A stretch of DNA of 64,000 bases from a virus (lineage: Duplodnaviria; Heunggongvirae; Uroviricota; Caudoviricetes), in the IMG/VR virus record IMGVR_UViG_3300029705_000072; one strand, written 5' to 3'. Both the position numbers and the translations under genes were made by a program. The notes below the pieces were generated by a model. The model was not told the DNA's origin and ran no database searches. It saw nothing but the letters and a program-made list of their open reading frames with translations. Of this stretch, positions 1 to 8,606 are shown in pieces (the first letter of the stretch is position 1; every line of letters starts with the position of its first letter).

Positions 1-109
1 CACACAGCAGGGCTTCCCCCCGGGTTGCACGGTACACGGTGGAAACACCGACCCACACGGGCAAGCACAGCCACACAGCAGGGCTTCCCCCCGGGTTGCA
101 CGGTACACA
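1..109. repeat. 37-nt perfect direct repeat x2 (1-37, 73-109) separated by a 35-nt unique segment; CRISPR-like geometry at the window edge
   Basis: cacacagcagggcttccccccgggttgcacggtacac occurs twice; spacing 35 nt; the array could continue upstream of the window. Confidence 0.5.
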
Positions 110-580
110 ACAAAAACGCTTGTAATGGTTCCGCTTACTTGAGCGCGACCGTTTCAAAACCTACTTAGAGAGGATATTGCTCTGAGGGCTCTATAGCCGA
201 TATAGCGTCGCCGGTGCTGCGGAGTTAGGCCGCAGGATTCGAGATTGTGAAAATCCCCGGGGTTTTGTGCCTATGAGACCAAACGCGGCTCGCGGAACTG
301 ATGGCTATACGCAAAAGATCTATGAGGGCGACTCTGCTCGCGGTATATCTCCCCGAGGGGATATGTTCCAAGGAACTGATATAATGCAACAAGTCGAGTC
401 ATCTAATTGGGTTGAGTAGCGCGAAGTCCAAGCGAATATTACGAAACCTATATGGTTATCGTTGACTGAGCCGCCCTATATGGGCGGCTTTATTGAGCGA
501 TAACTTAGTTATTGCCAGAATTTTACCATGGGACCGCCTAAGGCGGTTCTGAAAACAGTTTGAATCAACAGGAGGCCAGT

Positions 581-775
581 ATGTCGTATGAAGTTTTTCG
601 CAGACGGGTCAAAAAGTACCTGAGCAAATCCAAATCGCACGCAATATTTGTACATGAGGACGGTCGTCACATCGCAAGATGTATGGACGGTGTGACCATT
701 ATCGGGAACACTGTTTCCGAACTCGTAACAGTGAAATGGGGATATGGCCATTCTGCCATGATTCAGTTATCATAA
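581..775 (+). CDS. hypothetical small protein
   Basis: ORF with GGAGG RBS 7 nt upstream of ATG (MSYEVF...). Confidence 0.5.
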   Translation: MSYEVFRRRVKKYLSKSKSHAIFVHEDGRHIARCMDGVTIIGNTVSELVTVKWGYGHSAMIQLS

Positions 776-891
776 GCCGGATTTTCCGGCACCTTAATGC
801 AGCCATCAGGATTTTTCCATGATGACGGTCACAAGTCCGTGAAAATGCAGAGTGAAGGGTTTTTCATTTTTGAAATCGAAAGGAGAAAAGT

Positions 892-1644
892 ATGGCTATT
901 AACAACGACGCAGCCGAAAGAATGGCGAAGCTGAGAGCCGAAGCAGAAGAAGGAATCAAGGAATTCAACGAGCTGTATCAGGAAGAAAAACTGGTTGCTG
1001 CTATGAAGGTGAGAGAGGAAATCGAAAAGAAGGTTGCCGAATACACCAAGGAAGCACGGAATTTGTGTTTTCAGGAATGCAAGGAAACCGAAAATCCCAT
1101 TCTTGAAGCGGTTACCCGCCTGACCTTCAACACCATCAAAATCGGTGAGGAAAAGGGTCGAGATGGCGCGCCTGATGTGAGCAAAATCGAAGATATCGCG
1201 AAGGCTATCGACCTGAAGGGTCTTCATGATTTCTGTGGTGGTATCGGCGCGGACAAAAACTGGATCCATCACGCTATGAAGATGAATTTCCTCCTGACCG
1301 CCCAGAAGGCCAAGGATTTGGGTATCGACCCCAAGGAAATCCATGACAGTTATGCCATGAGCGAAATCGCCCGGGATTTCGATATGGGCAAGAATCCCAC
1401 CAGCAATACCAACCTGCTCCGTACTCTGCAGATGGTAATCACTTCCATGCTCGGCGATGGGTACAAGGCTACCAGTCACGATGTGGCTTTCCTGGTATCC
1501 GTGTATAGCAAGAAGAATCGCAGAGCGCTGACCGTATCCGTTGCAAATCACAAGAATTTCAGAAACTACATCGCTGAAATCTGCCACAGAATCGTAACCA
1601 ACAAGCGTTATGATGTGGATTATAAGAAGAAGAAGGAAAAGTAG
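892..1644 (+). CDS. hypothetical protein (250 aa), strong RBS, followed by terminator
   Basis: AAAGGAGAAAAG-ATG; long clean ORF; hairpin plus T-run at 1719-1756. Confidence 0.7.
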   Translation: MAINNDAAERMAKLRAEAEEGIKEFNELYQEEKLVAAMKVREEIEKKVAEYTKEARNLCFQECKETENPILEAVTRLTFNTIKIGEEKGRDGAPDVSKIEDIAKAIDLKGLHDFCGGIGADKNWIHHAMKMNFLLTAQKAKDLGIDPKEIHDSYAMSEIARDFDMGKNPTSNTNLLRTLQMVITSMLGDGYKATSHDVAFLVSVYSKKNRRALTVSVANHKNFRNYIAEICHRIVTNKRYDVDYKKKKEK

Positions 1645-1718
1645 AATCTGATTTTTAAAAAATTCAGGATCCTAAAAATCCAAGTTTTCGAAATCCATCA
1701 AAAGGGGTTTTGAATATA

Positions 1719-1756
1719 GCCCGCTCGGAACTGACTTCCCGCCGAGCGGGTTTTTC
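1719..1756 (+). terminator. rho-independent terminator
   Basis: cccgctcggaactgacttcccgccgagcggg + ttttt. Confidence 0.7.
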
Positions 1757-1795
1757 GTGCGGCCTACGGGTTTTCCGGTTCAATTCCGGGTGGCC
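1757..1795 (+). other. tRNA-like T-arm/acceptor minihelix element (copy 1 of a recurring post-terminator motif)
   Basis: gcggcc-tacgggttttCCGGTTCAATTCCGG-gtggccgc; resembles the tRNA-Gly T-arm ccggttcgagtccgg in this window. Confidence 0.4.
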
Positions 1796-2781
1796 GCTCT
1801 TTTCTGTGTCTCATTATATAAAACCGAATCGGCCTTCGGGCCGGTCGGTAATGCGGCCATTCTGAGGTTTTTCAGAATGACGGTCCCAAGCCCGTATAAA
1901 CCGCAGAGGGACGAAGGTTTTAGTTTTTCATGTATCTGCTCCTGGATAGGGCGGCGGAATCTGCGAAATAAAAAGAGTTCTACTATAGAAATTATGAGGT
2001 TCGAACTCGTCTGATCCTTGAGCGGAACATGGGAAATGCGTAGTAGAAAGGCGAATATCAAAATGGTAGAAGGTCTGATTTTTGCTGGCATGGTAGTTGG
2101 TTTTATGGCCATGCTGCTCATCATGGTAGAAATTGCTCTTAGAATCGCGGCTAAGCGGATTCCTAAAATCAAGGAATTTATGGAATTCTGCGACGAGGAA
2201 GAGGCTTAGTATGGCAGAACTGTTTTGTTTCGCTTTTATGATGGTGCTTTTGAGCGTCCTTGCGGTCGCCGGTGAAATTGCTGAGCGACTCGATAAAGAT
2301 GAATGGAAATCCAAAGAAAGGGGCGGTAGGTTTTGAATGGCTTTGTGGCTGCCGCCACGGTTTTGAATTCGATATCTGTACTTTTATGCTCCATAAAACT
2401 CCTATTTGATGGTTCTATAGGATTCGTTTATGCCGGGGTTTTCCTGGTTTTAGTTGGAGCGGTTTTGGATTTTTTAAGTCTGATCAAGGATTTCGTTATC
2501 GCAGAAGGAGGCAAAGATGGAAGAACTGAGGGTAGTTTTCGCCATTCGTGAAACCGGCCAGAGGGTCGACAAAGTTTTCGATTCTGCGTATCGGTGCCGG
2601 CTCTTCATCAACAAACTTCGGCGCTCGAAAAAGCTGAAGCTGATTTCGTATCCGAACATCCTGATGTAAATATAAGGAGGCATATGAATAGCAGAAAGAA
2701 TGTGAGATTGCCCACCCGGTAATCGATGGAAAATTGAAAATCAACAACAGAAAACCAAAAAAAATGACATACATCAAAGCC

Positions 2782-2803
2782 CAGAATTTCTGGGCTTTTT
2801 TCA
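2782..2803 (+). terminator. rho-independent terminator
   Basis: cccagaatttctggg + ctttttt. Confidence 0.7.
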
Positions 2804-2811
2804 CAGGTATG

Positions 2812-2845
2812 GGAATTTTCCGGTTCGACTCCGGAGCCGGTGACC
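2812..2845 (+). other. tRNA-like T-arm minihelix element (copy 2)
   Basis: gggaattttCCGGTTCGACTCCGGagccgg, identical core to copy 3. Confidence 0.4.
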
Positions 2846-2869
2846 GACAACAGAAAGGAGAACAGGTAT

Positions 2870-3112
2870 ATGTGTAATGTTATCAGAGTTGTAGGCGGTG
2901 CTTTTTCTTCGCTCGGCCTTATCATGTCCGCAATTTACATTTTCGGAGAAAAGTTCTACGGAAACACGGTACTTTTCGTTCTGTGTTCGGTAGCGGCGTG
3001 TGCAATTTCTGCGCTCGTTGAGTGCGTAAACGAGGAACTCTTGCTCCGTAAGTTTATCCTTATGGTTATCAACAGAGAAATTGATATTGAATTCGAAAAA
3101 GAGGACCTTTAG
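2870..3112 (+). CDS. small membrane protein
   Basis: AAAGGAG RBS 8 nt before ATG; hydrophobic ORF. Confidence 0.5.
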   Translation: MCNVIRVVGGAFSSLGLIMSAIYIFGEKFYGNTVLFVLCSVAACAISALVECVNEELLLRKFILMVINREIDIEFEKEDL

Positions 3113-3137
3113 GAGCCAGGTTTCTGGCTCTCATAAT

Positions 3138-3218
3138 GCTCCGATAGCTCAATTGGTTAGAGCGCACGGCTTATACCCGTGGAATCTGCTGGGGGTTCAA
3201 GTCCCTCTCGGAGCACCA
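3138..3218 (+). tRNA. tRNA-Ile (anticodon UAU), encoded CCA
   Basis: acceptor gctccga/tcggagc, D-arm gctc..gagc, anticodon loop cuUAUac, T-loop ttcaagt. Confidence 0.75.
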
Positions 3219-3479
3219 TCGGACCGCGATCGGGTCCCAGTGTAGCGTCCTTGTTAGTTTAAGGGTGAAACTAACTCTTGTCAGTAATGGTGAAACTGTC
3301 CCGTCGGGATATAACGGTAATTCCTTGCGTTTGTGGTGCGAGGCAATTATCCCAACCACATATGTCAACTTAGTTTAAGGCAAGAACACTGCGCTTATGA
3401 TGCAGAGGTATCAGTTGAAGTCTGATAGTTGACTCCCGAAAGGCCTACGGGTGGCTCTCAGGAATAGACTGAGGCATGC
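3219..3479 (+). ncRNA. structured non-coding segment between two tRNAs (unknown RNA)
   Basis: no credible ORF; internal repeats ttagtttaagg x2 and ggtgaaact x2; long-range complement gtcaact(3366)/agttgac(3431); several hairpins. Confidence 0.3.
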
Positions 3480-3554
3480 GCCGTCATGGCTCAATGGTAG
3501 AGCGGCTGCTTTGTAAGCAGCGGGTTGGGGGTTCGAATCCCTCTGGCGGCTCCA
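3480..3554 (+). tRNA. tRNA-Thr (UGU)
   Basis: acceptor gccgtca/tggcggc, anticodon loop ttTGTaa, T-arm ggggg-ttcgaat-ccctc, CCA encoded. Confidence 0.85.
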
Positions 3555-3686
3555 TAGGTGGACGCATCCACCACCATTAAGCCTCCAAGCAAGAGTGGCA
3601 GTCTGGAAAGACAGACACACACCCGGGGCGACCAAATATCGAAGCCGATGAATGGTTCTTCACAGCCCTCTTCGAGGCGCGTCCCG

Positions 3687-3734
3687 GGCATCCTGTCGCT
3701 GGAGGTCAGCGGTTCGAACCCGCTATGGATGCCA
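3687..3734 (+). other. tRNA-like minihelix (acceptor stem + T-arm only, 48 nt)
   Basis: ggcatcc ... agcgg-ttcgaac-ccgct ... ggatgcc-a; too short for a full tRNA. Confidence 0.4.
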
Positions 3735-3736
3735 AA

Positions 3737-3776
3737 CCCACCGATATCCCTTATCGGTGGGAGTTTTTGTATTTTT
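3737..3776 (+). terminator. rho-independent terminator closing the tRNA operon
   Basis: cccaccgatatcccttatcggtggg + tttttgtatttttt. Confidence 0.8.
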
Positions 3777-3799
3777 TGATTTAGAAAAGGAGAATCGAA

Positions 3800-4114
3800 A
3801 TGAGAAAGGGTGCAAGTAAAAAGACAGAAGCAGTTGCCGTTAAGACCGGATGCGCTTTGCTGGACATGTGTATGCCCGTACTCGCAGAGCAGACCGTTGA
3901 AGCTCGGAAGGTTGCGAGACGCAGACCTGATATCACAGTACAGATGGCCATTGTTGCATATGCAAAATCCGGCATGAGTATCAGCAGAGCAGCAAAGTCC
4001 CTGAATGTTGAATACCACATCGTGAAGAACCGCATTGATGTTGCGGAAAGGGTGTATGGTATGGATCCGAAGGATTTCTTTGGTCTGACCAAGATTCTGA
4101 TTTTGATGTCCTAA
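3800..4114 (+). CDS. small DNA-binding (HTH-like) protein
   Basis: RBS AAAAGGAGAATCGAA-ATG; segment ISRAAKSLNVEYHIVKNRID looks like a helix-turn-helix. Confidence 0.5.
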   Translation: MRKGASKKTEAVAVKTGCALLDMCMPVLAEQTVEARKVARRRPDITVQMAIVAYAKSGMSISRAAKSLNVEYHIVKNRIDVAERVYGMDPKDFFGLTKILILMS

Positions 4115-4132
4115 ATACATAGGTCACACAAA

Positions 4133-4157
4133 CCCCGGTTGCAAAATCGGGGTTTTA
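4133..4157 (+). terminator. rho-independent terminator
   Basis: ccccggttgcaaaatcgggg + ttttatt. Confidence 0.7.
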
Positions 4158-4165
4158 TTATGGGC

Positions 4166-4197
4166 GAAAGGGTTTTTCCGGTTCGACTCCGGAGTCG
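4166..4197 (+). other. tRNA-like T-arm minihelix element (copy 3)
   Basis: ggcga-aagggtttttCCGGTTCGACTCCGGag-tcgcc. Confidence 0.4.
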
Positions 4198-4224
4198 CCA
4201 AGATAGTTTTTATTAGAAAGAGAG

Positions 4225-4452
4225 GTGCAAGATATGGGTATTTCTAAAGAACAAATGATCGATGTCGCCGTTTCAAAGATGGAAACATGCATGGCGCTTC
4301 TCGGCAAAGAAGAGGAAGCACATGTTTTCGCAAAACGTGCGGTTGAAATCAGCAGCAGGTTTTCAGAGATGTTCGGAGAGCGAATCGAAGATGTAAATGA
4401 GCACTTCGACGACATGGTAAGCATAGCAATCGCTAAGGGCGTAGAGGTTTAG
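4225..4452 (+). CDS. hypothetical protein
   Basis: RBS gagaggtg; 75-aa ORF. Confidence 0.5.
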   Translation: MQDMGISKEQMIDVAVSKMETCMALLGKEEEAHVFAKRAVEISSRFSEMFGERIEDVNEHFDDMVSIAIAKGVEV

Positions 4453-4460
4453 GAGGGAAT

Positions 4461-4772
4461 ATGAGTATCAGAATTGGGGATGAGGTTTGGTGCATGCCCC
4501 GTTCTGAGGCATTAGAAGTCTACCCTTACGGAGTTCTTCCTCCGGACGGCCTCGAATGGTATCAGAAGTGTGTTGTCACTACTATTGAAGGCGATACGAT
4601 CGGAGTAGATTTTGGAGTGGAAAACCTTGCTGGCCAAGAACTGCACGCACTGAATGGGGCGCTTAATTCCCATACGGGCTGGTATCTTTCAAGTGGATAC
4701 CTGGTTCATAGTTGCCCAACAGATATAGAACTTGATGAAAGCGACGAAGATATCAGCCTGATAATTGGTTGA
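4461..4772 (+). CDS. member 1 of a 5-member paralog family (GD-V ... LHSC ... W-L ... acidic E/D-I-x-L tail)
   Basis: shares motifs with ORFs at 4792, 12092, 12468 and 12847. Confidence 0.6.
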   Translation: MSIRIGDEVWCMPRSEALEVYPYGVLPPDGLEWYQKCVVTTIEGDTIGVDFGVENLAGQELHALNGALNSHTGWYLSSGYLVHSCPTDIELDESDEDISLIIG

Positions 4773-4791
4773 TAAAATGAGGTTTTGATGC

Positions 4792-5094
4792 ATGGAAAAT
4801 ACTTTTAAGGTCGGCGATTTTGTTCGTATAAAAGAAGGTACTGGGGTATCGACTAGCGGAAGTTATTACAAAGTCCCTTATGAGTGGTGTTTATACGAAA
4901 CACCGAGAGTTATAGCTGTTAATAGCAATTCAGTCGGAGTGGAATTTAGTAATTGTGCAGGAGAGCTTCATTCGTGCGCCGGACAAGGAAGACCGGACCA
5001 CTGTTACTGGTTAGATCCGTCTTTGTTGGAGTTCTGCGATATTTTTGATGATGAGATTTCTGAATCCGACGAGGAAATCAGCATTTTATTCTGA
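4792..5094 (+). CDS. paralog family member 2
   Basis: FKVGDFVRIKEGT...ELHSC...HCYWLDPSLL...ESDEEISILF. Confidence 0.6.
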   Translation: MENTFKVGDFVRIKEGTGVSTSGSYYKVPYEWCLYETPRVIAVNSNSVGVEFSNCAGELHSCAGQGRPDHCYWLDPSLLEFCDIFDDEISESDEEISILF

Positions 5095-5111
5095 TAGTAA
5101 GGAGTGGTTTT

Positions 5112-5528
5112 ATGATAAGAGAATCCGAATTCAGGGAAAATGTGACAGTGTTTTCCGAACTCAAAGAGTTCTGCGATGACAACGGGTGCGATCTTCTCGA
5201 CGAAGTGCGTGATCCAGATTATTTCGATGACGAGGTGGATAGCTGGTTGTACGACGCAATTCGGTACGGCGATTATGGATGGGAGAGTATAAGAGACAAT
5301 CTTGATGGATTACAAGCCCCAGACGACTGGTATGTACAAGAAGATGGGATTTTTGAATACTATTATCCAGATTTCCGGGACTATTTCGACGACGTTCTTG
5401 AGTGGGCGATAGATAACGAAATAGTAGAAGCTGATAGCAGTGACGACGATGACGATATCGACGAGTTCGATGACTCGGAAGATGTTCTCGAACTTATCGG
5501 TGACTTTATCTTCGCTGCGTGTGACTAA
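5112..5528 (+). CDS. highly acidic protein (poly-D/E), DNA-mimic candidate
   Basis: 138 aa, long DDDDDIDEFDDSED runs; RBS aaggagtgg. Confidence 0.5.
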   Translation: MIRESEFRENVTVFSELKEFCDDNGCDLLDEVRDPDYFDDEVDSWLYDAIRYGDYGWESIRDNLDGLQAPDDWYVQEDGIFEYYYPDFRDYFDDVLEWAIDNEIVEADSSDDDDDIDEFDDSEDVLELIGDFIFAACD

Positions 5529-5658
5529 ATAAAAGGAGAGTGTACGAATGGGAAGAAAAATCGAACCTCATGTAAATTTCTGTGAACTCCAGAAAGCATA
5601 CTCGATTATTAGCGTAATCGGCAGGGTTCCCTTTGTCTGGTAACGGAAGGAGTTTACG

Positions 5659-6240
5659 ATGGGAATTAGAAATTTTATTTCGGACAACGCAGTCTGGAAG
5701 TTCGCAAAGCGCAATTCAGAACGTCTGCAAAAAGAGTTTGCCGTGATCATGAGTAACGACGACGAAGGATATAAGTTCTGTGTGAGCATGGACAAGGATA
5801 CCGTAATCCTTACAATCTTCAATAAGTTCGGAGATACGTCGTATATAACGGAATGTCAGGGCGAGGAAGATTGCCTGAGGAATGTAAAATGGCTGAGAGA
5901 ACTTTATTTCAAAGAGAAAAAGGTTATCGAGAAAACCGACAAGAAGCCAGATTCTTTTGATTCCCCTGGTGAATATCTGATGGAGTTTATCGACGACGAA
6001 AGGGAGGCAAGCCTTAGAATTGCGCTCGAAGACTTCATGTATGTTGTAGCCGGCTTCGATAGCAGGGAAGATGCTGAAATGGAGTACGGCGTTGGAATAA
6101 TGGAAGCCGTTCTCGATGATATTCTGCGGCTTCTTCTGGATGACTTCGGTATTTCGGTGTACAGACCGGCCATAGTACCGGAAAAGAAAACAGGGGAATT
6201 CGTCATGAGCGAATACCCGTACGATGACATAGGGAATTAA
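5659..6240 (+). CDS. hypothetical acidic protein
   Basis: 193-aa ORF, RBS ggaaggag. Confidence 0.5.
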   Translation: MGIRNFISDNAVWKFAKRNSERLQKEFAVIMSNDDEGYKFCVSMDKDTVILTIFNKFGDTSYITECQGEEDCLRNVKWLRELYFKEKKVIEKTDKKPDSFDSPGEYLMEFIDDEREASLRIALEDFMYVVAGFDSREDAEMEYGVGIMEAVLDDILRLLLDDFGISVYRPAIVPEKKTGEFVMSEYPYDDIGN

Positions 6241-6334
6241 CCCTATTAAAAAGGTAGGCAGTAGGATTACCTACATAACAATATTACCGCGCATAAGCGG
6301 CTTTTTTAATGCAAAAAAAAAGGAGGAATTGTGT

Positions 6335-6724
6335 ATGTCTAAGTTTGTAGTAGCAGGTGATGCAGTTGTTGTAACCTCTGCGGTGAAGTTCGACGATATC
6401 GTCGCACTGAAGAAGTACCGCCCCGAAGCCCTGTGTCTGAAGGACGAAGAGGGTCGTGTAATTTTCAAGGTGGGTATCGGCGCTACCGGTGGCGTAAGCG
6501 ACTTCGGCATTACCTTCACCAGCGAAAGCAACGATGATAAGGGGTTTGCACAGGTAACCATCATCGCACCCGACCATGATGGCGATGCAAAGGCCGCGGT
6601 TGTTGACAGCCATTTCGTTGCAATCGAAAAGCTGGAAAAACTGGAAAAGCATATCGCAGAAGAACTCGCTTCTGTAGAGGAAATGAAGAAGAAGATTTCC
6701 GAATCCGTGTCCGTTGTGGCATAG
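6335..6724 (+). CDS. hypothetical protein; first gene of the Ubl/JAB/E1 cluster (speculative E2-like: ...YRPEALCLKDEEG...)
   Basis: RBS AAAGGAGG; single Cys in an RPEALCLKD context reminiscent of the UBC HPN-x-CL-D motif (weak). Confidence 0.45.
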   Translation: MSKFVVAGDAVVVTSAVKFDDIVALKKYRPEALCLKDEEGRVIFKVGIGATGGVSDFGITFTSESNDDKGFAQVTIIAPDHDGDAKAAVVDSHFVAIEKLEKLEKHIAEELASVEEMKKKISESVSVVA

Positions 6725-6801
6725 AAAACATGTCTGCTGGGCGGTATGTGTGATTGCATGCCGCCCTTATTTATAACTTGAGTACGAAAAGGAGAATAAA
6801 A

Positions 6802-7044
6802 ATGGTACAGGTAAGAATCAGAAACAATTTCGCAGATATCACCGAGGTCTTCAGCGTCGATATGACCATTCGCCAGATTCTGGCCGAGAAGGAGCAGGCA
6901 ATCGATGGCTGCACCGTTTCTCTGGATGGCTACGCACTGAGTGCATCCGATATGGGCAAGACCCTCCTGCAGCACGGCTATGATGGAACCACCGGTAAGG
7001 ACAGATGTAATCTGACCATCGTTGCCAAGACCAATAATGCATAA
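6802..7044 (+). CDS. ubiquitin-like beta-grasp candidate (81 aa), no C-terminal GG
   Basis: Length and hydrophobic periodicity align with ubiquitin (MVQVRIRN.. / ..LDGYAL..TLLQHGY / NLTIVAK vs MQIFVKT / LEDGRTLSDYNI / LHLVLRL); RBS AAAAGGAGAA. Confidence 0.4.
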   Translation: MVQVRIRNNFADITEVFSVDMTIRQILAEKEQAIDGCTVSLDGYALSASDMGKTLLQHGYDGTTGKDRCNLTIVAKTNNA

Positions 7045-7071
7045 GTAACGGCCGGCACAAAGCCGGCTTTT

Positions 7072-7157
7072 GGGGAGTTGGCAGAGTGGCTTAATGCAGC
7101 GGTCCTGAAAACCGTCGATCGAAAGATCCGTGGGTTCGAATCCTACACTCCCCGCCA
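7072..7157 (+). tRNA. type II (long variable arm) tRNA, probably Ser (UGA)
   Basis: acceptor ggggagt/actcccc, variable arm gatcgaaagatc hairpin, anticodon loop ccTGAaa, T-arm gggttcgaatcc; the annotated ORF 7078 starts inside it. Confidence 0.7.
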
Positions 7158-7182
7158 TAAAGAAAAACAGGAGAGGTGTATT

Positions 7183-8604
7183 ATGTTTAAGGAGATTATT
7201 ACAAGAACTGCGCTTTGCAATATCGACGCAAATCAGTACTTCAGTAACATTCGAGGAGACTCATATATGGGCGACGTAACGTTCTTGTCCACACTCAGAG
7301 CTCTCCTGATGAACAGAGTTGATAAAGAAGAGGAACTGCAATTTGTGGTGTCCAGAAGAAGAGTAAGCAACACGCTTAACAACAGAGAACTTGTTAGAGA
7401 GGCTATTGGCGAGCCGGAATATCTCGACAACAACACTTTTTTCCTTGTTGACCTCTCGGGTCCAGTCGATAAAAACAAAGAGATCATTGGTAGACTTGAA
7501 AAATTAATGCCCGAAAGAGGGTTTGAGAATCTGCAGAAGGTCCGTGTGTTTTACAAAAAATCCTTTGAGGTAGCAGCATTTGCCAACGCTAAGAAAAAAA
7601 TCACCGTTGTGGTTGTTGGCAATATGGATATCAGAAAGTATCACTATCTGCAGTGCGCGACGTTCGCTCTCTTCCCTTGGTACTTCAATCCGAAAGATGG
7701 TTGTAGCGAACTCGAAAGACGAATGATCGAAGCAATGCGTCAGAAAGACGGTGATGAGTGCACTGCGTGTTATGAGGAGTTCGCAAGTGGTTTGGATTTC
7801 CGTACCGGAAAAATCAAATCCGCTTTTGAGGGGTTTGAAGAGTCGTTTTTCCTGAAACAGAAAGATAATCTTACTTCTCAGATTAGAAGTATTGACTCTG
7901 ATGTGGAAAGATATCAGAAGACTATCAGAGATATGCTTCAGAAGCGCAGAAATTACATGATGAATCTTGCCGGAATCGACCTCGGTCTCAAACAGGCTAA
8001 CAGCGGCGAACTTGTGGATTATTTCCTTCGGAACAAAAATCTCTCAGTTGTCGATGCGGTCGGGGACTATGTGTATTTCACCATAGACACATATATTACA
8101 GATTTTGTAATCGACGACGCAAAGCCCATAATCGAAAACAGTAGAGGGTATATACATGACGCTATCATGGCAACACCGGATCCCGATGGCACAAAGGCTT
8201 TGTTTAAAGAAATTTTTACAGAAGAGGATCCGCGAATTAGAATTAGAACGAAGGCAAAAGTAAGAATCGGCAAGAGCGGGTCTTTCGACAGCGATAGACC
8301 GATCGGACAGGGCTTGATAAATGACGAACTCAACGACCAAGTCCAGAATACTCATATCTGTAGATATAGCTGTTTTGGCAGTGAAAGAGAGGAGTTTTTT
8401 ACAGAAGCGCTCTCTAGACAGGATCATGTTATGATTGTCGAACAGTGTATCGCTGCGGCTAGAAATCTTAATTTCAACGACAGTATTGTTGGAAGAGATT
8501 TCTTCAACGATCTCGTAAGAACAAACGGAAGGGTGTTTGAGGTTATTGAAACCGGAGAGAAAATGAACCTGGCGGACGCTATTAAGTGGGTAAAGGAGAA
8601 TTAG
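7183..8604 (+). CDS. large hypothetical protein (473 aa), first ORF of an operon with JAB and E1
   Basis: start moved to MFKEII (RBS ACAGGAGAGG) because upstream in-frame codons are tRNA sequence; overlaps the next gene. Confidence 0.6.
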   Translation: MFKEIITRTALCNIDANQYFSNIRGDSYMGDVTFLSTLRALLMNRVDKEEELQFVVSRRRVSNTLNNRELVREAIGEPEYLDNNTFFLVDLSGPVDKNKEIIGRLEKLMPERGFENLQKVRVFYKKSFEVAAFANAKKKITVVVVGNMDIRKYHYLQCATFALFPWYFNPKDGCSELERRMIEAMRQKDGDECTACYEEFASGLDFRTGKIKSAFEGFEESFFLKQKDNLTSQIRSIDSDVERYQKTIRDMLQKRRNYMMNLAGIDLGLKQANSGELVDYFLRNKNLSVVDAVGDYVYFTIDTYITDFVIDDAKPIIENSRGYIHDAIMATPDPDGTKALFKEIFTEEDPRIRIRTKAKVRIGKSGSFDSDRPIGQGLINDELNDQVQNTHICRYSCFGSEREEFFTEALSRQDHVMIVEQCIAAARNLNFNDSIVGRDFFNDLVRTNGRVFEVIETGEKMNLADAIKWVKEN

Positions 8605-8606
8605 TT

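Noticed and set aside
3411-4120. Minus-strand ORFs 3491..4120 and 3411..3635 overlapping tRNA genes and the HTH gene
   Set aside because: They overlap verified tRNA sequences and a well-supported plus-strand CDS, and have no RBS.
7078-7182. N-terminal 35 codons of ORF 7078..8604
   Set aside because: These codons are the sequence of a tRNA gene. The start was moved to Met at 7183, which has a proper RBS.
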